In this document: piece by piece, positions 62,423 through 64,000 of the stretch
How positions within the stretch are numbered: position 1 is the first letter of the stretch
Layout: each line of letters begins with the position of its first letter
From: Candidatus Saccharimonadota bacterium
GTDB taxonomy: Bacteria; Patescibacteriota; Saccharimonadia; Saccharimonadales; SZUA-47
Direction: 5' to 3'
Assembly: GCA_016700315.1 (NCBI GenBank)
Contig: CP065013.1
Coordinates: forward strand, 449,449-513,448
Length of the DNA stretch: 64,000 bases
The notes under the pieces: model-generated
Told to the model about the DNA's origin: nothing
The model's input: only the letters and a program-made list of their open reading frames with translations
Databases searched by the model: none
Translations under genes and position numbers: made by a program

Positions 62423-64000
62423 GTGTTTAGGAGGCTCGGCTCAGTTCTGGCGCTTCTATTGCTGCTTTTTCCTGCGGCCGCTTCTGCTCAGGGCGTAAAC
62501 GACGTAAATAATTTCACTATTAAGTCTTTTGAGGCAGACTATTACTTGTCGCGTGATGCTAATAAGACCAGCCAACTTAGAGTCGAGGAGAGGATAGTTG
62601 CCGAATTTCCGAGCTTTGATCAGAATCACGGTATAGAACGGGCGATTCCCGAAGAATATCAGGGTCACACTGTAAGTCTTGTGATTGACTATGTCCGAGA
62701 CCAGAGTGGTGCTGCTTTAGAATTCTCCAGCCTTCACGAGAACAAGAACCTAATTCTTAGAATCGGCAATAAAGATAAATATGTTCACGGCGTAACTACC
62801 TATGTCATTGGTTATAGGCTGAAAAATGTCATCAATTTTCAGGACCAAGACGAGTTTTATTGGGACGTTAATGGCGATCAATGGTCACAGACTTTTGAAC
62901 GAGTAACAGCTCGATTGCATATAGAAGGCGATTTGGTCGGTTTACTTACTGAAGATCAATCTTGTTTTAGTGGACGTTATGGAGCTAATAATCAGTCTGG
63001 CTGTAGTATTGAGCGCGGTGGAGGTGTTGCTGACGTTGTTATTAGTGCTAAAACCCTTGAAAGTTTAAGCGGCGGTCAGACTCTGACGATAGTTGTCGGT
63101 TTTAACAAGGGCAGTTTTGTTATTGGGCCAGAGATTGCCGCCGAGAAGAGGCGTTTGAGAAACATGATCATTGCGGCGCTCACGGCGGTTATAAGTCCTA
63201 TACTAGGTTCAATTTTTTTCATCATCAGGAGATGGCGCACGCAGGGCAGGGATCCAAAGTCACTCAACTCAGTTGTGCCAGAGTACATACCACCAAAAGG
63301 TCTATCGGTGCTTGATAGCGAGCTACTTCTAAACGAGCGTTTGAGGCCGCAAGCAATCACAGCACTGATGCTAGATTGGGCCGTTAAGCACTATGCTGTG
63401 ATCGAGGAGACTAAGATTAAGAAGATTTTCAAAGATAAGCTGGAGTACACCATCAAGGTTGTCCGAGATATGTCAGCTTTGCCACCGGAGGAGCTGGCGG
63501 TGGCACGCGACCTGTTCGGTGGCGAGCCAGTTGTTGGAAGTGCAGTAAAGCTGAACGATCTAACTAACAAACTTTATAAAACAGTTAGCGAGTCAGACAA
63601 AGCAGTGGGCGAGAGTTTGGCTGCTCGGCAGTTTTATGCCCAGGCGCCTCGTGACGCCCGCAAAAATTTCCTCAAAATCGGTGGCCTGATAGTAGTTGTC
63701 TCGTTTGTTGGGTTTTTTATACCGTTACTAAGCTTTCTGACTGCGGGATTTTTTGTGGGAGGAATACTGGTTATGATTTTTAGTGGTATTATGCCCAAAA
63801 GAACAGAGGAGGGCGTGGCTGCGAAACAGTATTTGGAAGGGTTAAAGATGTACATGAAGCTGGCCGAAAAAGAGCGTCTAGAGTTTTCGCAGGGGCTAAA
63901 AACGGCCGAGCGCACACTAGCAGGTCCGGTTAGTGACAATGATAAGATAAAACTTTTCGAAAGATTGCTTCCCTATGCCATACTTTTCGGGCTTGATAAA
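62423..64000 (+). CDS. DUF2207 domain membrane protein, 3' end outside window (not in the ORF track)
   Basis: GTG 62423 five nt after AAGGGAGG. Signal peptide VFRRLGSVLALLLLLFPAAASA; FTIKSFEADYYLSRD...HGIERAIP and C-terminal FERLLPYAILFG patterns. I saw no stop where I translated this frame (N-terminal ~170 codons and the window end); the middle was not checked codon by codon. Confidence 0.75.
   Translation, partial: MFRRLGSVLALLLLLFPAAASAQGVNDVNNFTIKSFEADYYLSRDANKTSQLRVEERIVAEFPSFDQNHGIERAIPEEYQGHTVSLVIDYVRDQSGAALEFSSLHENKNLILRIGNKDKYVHGVTTYVIGYRLKNVINFQDQDEFYWDVNGDQWSQTFERVTARLHIEGDLVGLLTEDQSCFSGRYGANNQSGCSIERGGGVADVVISAKTLESLSGGQTLTIVVGFNKGSFVIGPEIAAEKRRLRNMIIAALTAVISPILGSIFFIIRRWRTQGRDPKSLNSVVPEYIPPKGLSVLDSELLLNERLRPQAITALMLDWAVKHYAVIEETKIKKIFKDKLEYTIKVVRDMSALPPEELAVARDLFGGEPVVGSAVKLNDLTNKLYKTVSESDKAVGESLAARQFYAQAPRDARKNFLKIGGLIVVVSFVGFFIPLLSFLTAGFFVGGILVMIFSGIMPKRTEEGVAAKQYLEGLKMYMKLAEKERLEFSQGLKTAERTLAGPVSDNDKIKLFERLLPYAILFGLDK

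Noticed and set aside
62456-63939. Minus-strand ORFs 62456..62668, 63076..63360 and 63634..63939
   Set aside because: They are antisense to the well-supported DUF2207 gene, which runs from 62423 off the end of the window.
1-64000. CRISPR arrays, rRNA genes, intact transposases or intact integrases
   Set aside because: Reading both strands, I saw no regularly spaced short direct repeats, no rRNA-like conserved blocks, and no intact DDE, tyrosine or serine recombinase ORF. Only the decayed serine-recombinase remnant at 27.7-28.0 kb was found.

Overview
This 64-kb window is a gene-dense bacterial segment. Its gene content suggests a reduced-genome Patescibacteria/Saccharibacteria-like organism: many small N-terminally membrane-anchored proteins, an archaeal-type AspRS, an oxidative pentose-phosphate block and no de novo biosynthesis genes. 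That assignment is inference only. All calls rest on motif recognition in the supplied ORF translations and on reading the DNA by eye; no searches or computations were run.

Layout:
- 0-17.5 kb: metal and redox housekeeping. This covers an ArsR regulator, an ECF sigma with a PepSY partner, an LRR protein, DipZ and thioredoxin-like proteins, CydA, Ni-SOD (sodN/sodX), a MerR operon and zur-znuABC.
- 17.5-28.1 kb: a visibly AT-richer island bracketed by ~40-nt direct repeats. It carries one tightly coupled minus-strand operon: Type ISP restriction-modification enzyme, TM-anchored Pif1-like helicase, GmrSD-like DUF262/DUF1524 enzyme and PD-(D/E)XK+DUF2779 nuclease. It ends in a decayed serine-recombinase gene that abuts a tRNA 3'-end fragment.
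- 28.0-33.4 kb: a second islet bounded by tRNA 3'-end fragments. It holds a translationally coupled four-gene operon of divergent nucleotide enzymes (ThyA-like, GTP-cyclohydrolase-II-like with an unknown N-domain, OMP-decarboxylase-like, guanylate-kinase-like) and a divergent THEP1-NTPase-SWIM gene. This is my top candidate for an undescribed system, either a nucleotide-modification or a nucleotide-analog module.
- 33.56-34.16 kb: a tRNA (anticodon GTT after splicing) interrupted by a 229-nt group I intron. A small GIY-YIG gene overlaps it, and that gene is flanked by duplicated tRNA 5' ends.
- 34.4-40.3 kb: a 1953-aa collagen-like, highly repetitive fibre/adhesin protein.
- 40-64 kb: housekeeping genes (L,D-transpeptidase, pgl-gnd-zwf, CorA, UppP, nadD, Kef-type antiporter, DsbA, AspRS, def, DUF2207). 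This stretch also has a riboswitch-like leader with an intrinsic terminator in front of an unrecognisable 546-aa protein and two small zinc-ribbon ORFs.

No rRNA genes and no CRISPR arrays were seen.
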